From Gammaproteobacteria bacterium (lineage in GTDB: Bacteria > Pseudomonadota > Gammaproteobacteria > SZUA-229), in NCBI GenBank assembly GCA_026195255.1, contig JAPHSS010000020.1, forward strand, positions 50,887 to 114,886: a stretch of DNA of 64,000 nucleotides, given 5' to 3'. Below the pieces are notes generated by a model. It made no database searches and was not told the DNA's origin. It was given only the letters and a program-made list of their open reading frames with translations. Every line of letters begins with the position of its first letter. Position 1 is the stretch's first letter. Made by a program: the position numbers and the translations under genes. Shown piece after piece: positions 61,142-64,000 of this stretch.

Positions 61142-62176
61142 TTACATCGCTTCTTTATTTACTGCTTTATTTTTAGCATCGTCTTTAGTGATAATACCAC
61201 GATCCACCAGTTCCTTTAGATTTTGATCTAAAGTTTGCATTCCGACTGACTGGCCCGTCTGTATAGCTGAGTACATTTGTGCAATTTTATTCTCACGTAT
61301 CAGATTTCTAATTGCCGGTGTGCCTATCATAATTTCGTGCGCCGCGACTCGCCCACCACCAATCTTCTTAAGCAGAGTCTGCGCAATAACTGCGCGTAAT
61401 GATTCTGACATCATGGCTCGCACCATATCTTTTTCAGCCGCAGGAAACACATCAACTATACGATCGACTGTTTTTGCTGCGGAGCTTGTGTGCAATGTAC
61501 CAAATACCAGGTGCCCTGTTTCCGCTGCAGATAGTGCAAGACGAATCGTTTCCAGGTCTCGCATTTCACCTACCAGGATGACATCAGGATCTTCACGTAA
61601 CGCCGAGCGCAATGCTTCGGAGAAGCCCATCGTATCCCTGTGAACCTCACGCTGGTTCATCAGGCATTTTTTACTTTCATGTACAAACTCAATGGGGTCT
61701 TCAATGGTAAGAATATGTCCGTAATCATTTTCATTTACGTGATTAACCATCGCCGCGAGAGTGGTTGATTTACCTGAACCTGTAGGCCCTGTTACCAGAA
61801 CGATGCCACGCGGTGTATTGGATATTTCTTCAAATATCTTCGGCGCACCCAATTCTTCAAGGGTTAATATTTTAGAGGGTATGGTACGAAATACCGCACC
61901 AGCCCCTCTATTATGATTAAAAGCATTTACACGAAAACGTGCCAAACCGGGAATTTCAAACGAAAAATCCACTTCCCAGTACTCTTCAAAGGTTTTACGC
62001 TGTTTATCATTCATGATGTCATACACCATGGCATGTATTTCTTCATGGGGCATAGCATCAATATTGATACGTCGCACATCCCCATCTACACGGATCATAG
62101 GTGGCAATGCTGCCGAAAGGTGTAAATCAGATGCGCCGTTTTTCACACCAAACGCCAATAATTGTGCAATATCCAT
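61142..62176 (-). CDS. pilT: Type IV pilus retraction ATPase PilT
   Basis: A 344-aa protein nearly collinear with the PilT consensus (GASDLHLSAALPPMIRVDGDVRRIN…GPTGSGKSTTLAAM…AHEIMIGTPAIRNLIRE). Confidence 0.9.
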   Translation of the reverse strand: MDIAQLLAFGVKNGASDLHLSAALPPMIRVDGDVRRINIDAMPHEEIHAMVYDIMNDKQRKTFEEYWEVDFSFEIPGLARFRVNAFNHNRGAGAVFRTIPSKILTLEELGAPKIFEEISNTPRGIVLVTGPTGSGKSTTLAAMVNHVNENDYGHILTIEDPIEFVHESKKCLMNQREVHRDTMGFSEALRSALREDPDVILVGEMRDLETIRLALSAAETGHLVFGTLHTSSAAKTVDRIVDVFPAAEKDMVRAMMSESLRAVIAQTLLKKIGGGRVAAHEIMIGTPAIRNLIRENKIAQMYSAIQTGQSVGMQTLDQNLKELVDRGIITKDDAKNKAVNKEAM

Positions 62177-62319
62177 TAAATCTCCCCTTAAATTCCGTAA
62201 TTTTTAAATTCCGGAAATCTCAACCCATGTTTTTAGGTTAAGTATTGTTAATCTGGCTTGTATAAGAAAACTACAATAGTATTCTATTTATAGTCAATAA
62301 ATTAGCAGGCTTCAATCAA

Positions 62320-63036
62320 ATGCCCAAAACCTCTTCCAGGCAGACCAATATTGCAAAGAATTTAATGCAAATCCAGCATAATATTTCTCAATACTGTGAA
62401 AAGTATCATCGTAACCCACAGGATGTGCATTTACTTGCCGTAAGTAAAACAAAACCCACCGAAGATATCAGAACTGCCTTTAAAGCGGGACAGGTCAGTT
62501 TTGGTGAAAACTATCTGCAGGAATCAATCGATAAAATTAATGATTTAGCTGATTTACCGATTGAATGGCATTTTATTGGTGCAATCCAGTCGAATAAAAC
62601 CCGGGAAATTGCTGAAAACTTCGCCTGGGTCCACAGTGTTGACCGACTTAAAATAGCTAAGCGTTTGAGCCAGCAACGAGCAGACTCATTACCGCCTTTG
62701 AATATTTGCTTACAGATCAATATCAGCCATGAAAGCTCTAAGTCTGGCTTTAACATTGATGACACTGAAGCCGCCGTTAATGAAATCATTAAACTACCCA
62801 ATTTAAAACTACGCGGTCTGATGGCTATACCAGCAAAAGCGGATAATTTTCTCGAGCAACGGGCTATTTTTTCACAAATGAAAACATTACTAACAAAGCT
62901 GCAGACTCAGCATACACAATTAGACACCTTATCTATGGGCATGAGCGGAGATATGGAAGCCGCTATTGCAGAAGGTAGTACATTACTGCGTATTGGCACG
63001 GCGATTTTTGGTGAACGAAACGTTGCTGGGTTATAA
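62320..63036 (+). CDS. yggS: PLP-homeostasis protein YggS (alanine racemase N-terminal fold)
   Basis: A 238-aa protein with the VSKTKP motif carrying the PLP lysine. Divergent from pilT, as in Pseudomonas. Confidence 0.85.
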   Translation: MPKTSSRQTNIAKNLMQIQHNISQYCEKYHRNPQDVHLLAVSKTKPTEDIRTAFKAGQVSFGENYLQESIDKINDLADLPIEWHFIGAIQSNKTREIAENFAWVHSVDRLKIAKRLSQQRADSLPPLNICLQINISHESSKSGFNIDDTEAAVNEIIKLPNLKLRGLMAIPAKADNFLEQRAIFSQMKTLLTKLQTQHTQLDTLSMGMSGDMEAAIAEGSTLLRIGTAIFGERNVAGL

Positions 63037-63144
63037 TTAAACGACTCTTAACAGCAGAAGCAGAATTCACGTAAACATGCTGCTGACTTAAAGCAACCTA
63101 TTAACAAATTAAAACTATAACAATTACTAACAGAACCAATATAT

Positions 63145-63969
63145 ATGACAAATCACATCTGTTTTATCGGTGGCGGCAATATGGCAGGCAGCTTAATCAG
63201 CGGCCTGGTTAGTAATCAATATCCGGCCAGTAAAATCACCGTTACCGACCCTGACCAGCAAAAACTGGATCACCTTAAAAATTTACTTTCTATTAACACC
63301 GAAATAGATAACCTTAAAGCTGTAAAAGACTCAGATGTAATCGTACTGGCAGTAAAGCCACAGGTGCTTAAAACCGTTTGTGAGAATATCAGGCAAGTCA
63401 CACTCAAAACTAGACCTCTAATCATCTCTATTGCTGCAGGCATTCGCTCAAAAGACATTGATCGCTGGTTAGGGGGTAACAATGCACTGGTTCGATGCAT
63501 GCCAAACACACCCGCTTTAATTCAGGCAGGTGCCACCGGTTTATTTGCTAATAACTGCACCAGTTCTGAGCAAAAGAATATTGCTGATCAAATTTTAAGC
63601 TCTGCCGGCATTACACTCTGGGTAGATAAAGAAGAACAACTTGATGCTGTAACGGCTGTTTCAGGTTCCGGCCCCGCTTATTTCTTTTTATTCATGGAAG
63701 CCATGCAAAAAGCAGGAAAAGAGCTTGGCCTGGATGAAAATACTGCCGGCCTACTTGCCAGGCAAACTGCTCTAGGCGCTGCTCGCATGGCACTTGAAGG
63801 TGAGGACGATGCTGTTACACTACGCTCTAAAGTAACCTCCAAAGGCGGCACAACAGCTGCTGCAATTGAATCATTTGAAAGCAACAATTTTAGCGGCATT
63901 ATAAGCCAGGCATTAACAGCAGCCCATGATCGTGCGGTTGAACTAGCTGACGAATTAGGAAAAAATTAA
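63145..63969 (+). CDS. proC: Pyrroline-5-carboxylate reductase ProC
   Basis: NADP-binding motif FIGGGNMAG, and the C-terminal dimerisation domain with SKGGTTAAAIE. Confidence 0.9.
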   Translation: MTNHICFIGGGNMAGSLISGLVSNQYPASKITVTDPDQQKLDHLKNLLSINTEIDNLKAVKDSDVIVLAVKPQVLKTVCENIRQVTLKTRPLIISIAAGIRSKDIDRWLGGNNALVRCMPNTPALIQAGATGLFANNCTSSEQKNIADQILSSAGITLWVDKEEQLDAVTAVSGSGPAYFFLFMEAMQKAGKELGLDENTAGLLARQTALGAARMALEGEDDAVTLRSKVTSKGGTTAAAIESFESNNFSGIISQALTAAHDRAVELADELGKN

Positions 63970-64000
63970 CCATGAATCCATTTGTTTTTTTAATAGATAT

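Noticed and set aside
1-64000. A scan of the window for rRNA, tRNA, CRISPR arrays, transposases, integrases and phage genes
   Set aside because: I found none. The only mobile-element-like sequences are the two short structured palindromic repeats, which carry no transposase.

Overview
This is a 64-kb chromosomal segment from a gammaproteobacterium with moderately low GC. Its conserved backbone follows the order known from the Pseudomonas aeruginosa PA0371-PA0419 region: two M16 zinc peptidases, ftsY-ftsE-ftsX-rpoH, and gshB next to the Pil-Chp twitching-motility chemosensory cluster (pilG-pilH-pilI-pilJ-chpA-chpC). These are followed by tonB, algH, ruvX, pyrR, pyrB and a pyrC-like gene, then pilT and pilU, divergent from yggS-proC. 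Other core genes are bioH-bioC, plsY, tsaD divergent from rpsU-yqeY, hemE, galU, gltB-gltD, dnaG, metK-ahcY-metF and rsmE. Against this backbone I see several lineage-specific insertions. One is a lipoprotein gene between ftsY and ftsE. Another is an orphan tandem-receiver protein between ftsX and rpoH. A third is a roughly 6-kb AT-rich block between gltD and dnaG, and this block is the most interesting candidate. It encodes an ECF sigma factor and an anti-sigma factor whose periplasmic sensor looks like a DsrE/YchN-like (sulfur-relay fold) domain. Around them sit a paralogous secreted DsrE-like protein, a DUF302 protein, a porin and two orphan periplasmic oxyanion-binding proteins, with no cognate ABC permease or ATPase. 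I propose this as a possibly undescribed envelope sensing or handling module for a sulfur species or an oxyanion. Non-coding features include two copies of a roughly 180-bp structured palindromic repeat, one downstream of plsY and one downstream of dnaG, whose central core is inverted between the copies. There is a probable SAH riboswitch in front of metK-ahcY-metF. A sigma-E-type promoter lies in front of rpoH. A 110-bp palindrome built from TAAGTCA heptamers surrounds the hemE terminator. Arrays of a 10-bp repeat (yATTTGCGTT) sit between gltB and gltD and recur upstream of pyrB. I found no rRNA, tRNA, CRISPR or obvious transposase. All calls come from reading the translated ORFs and the raw sequence; no database searches were run.
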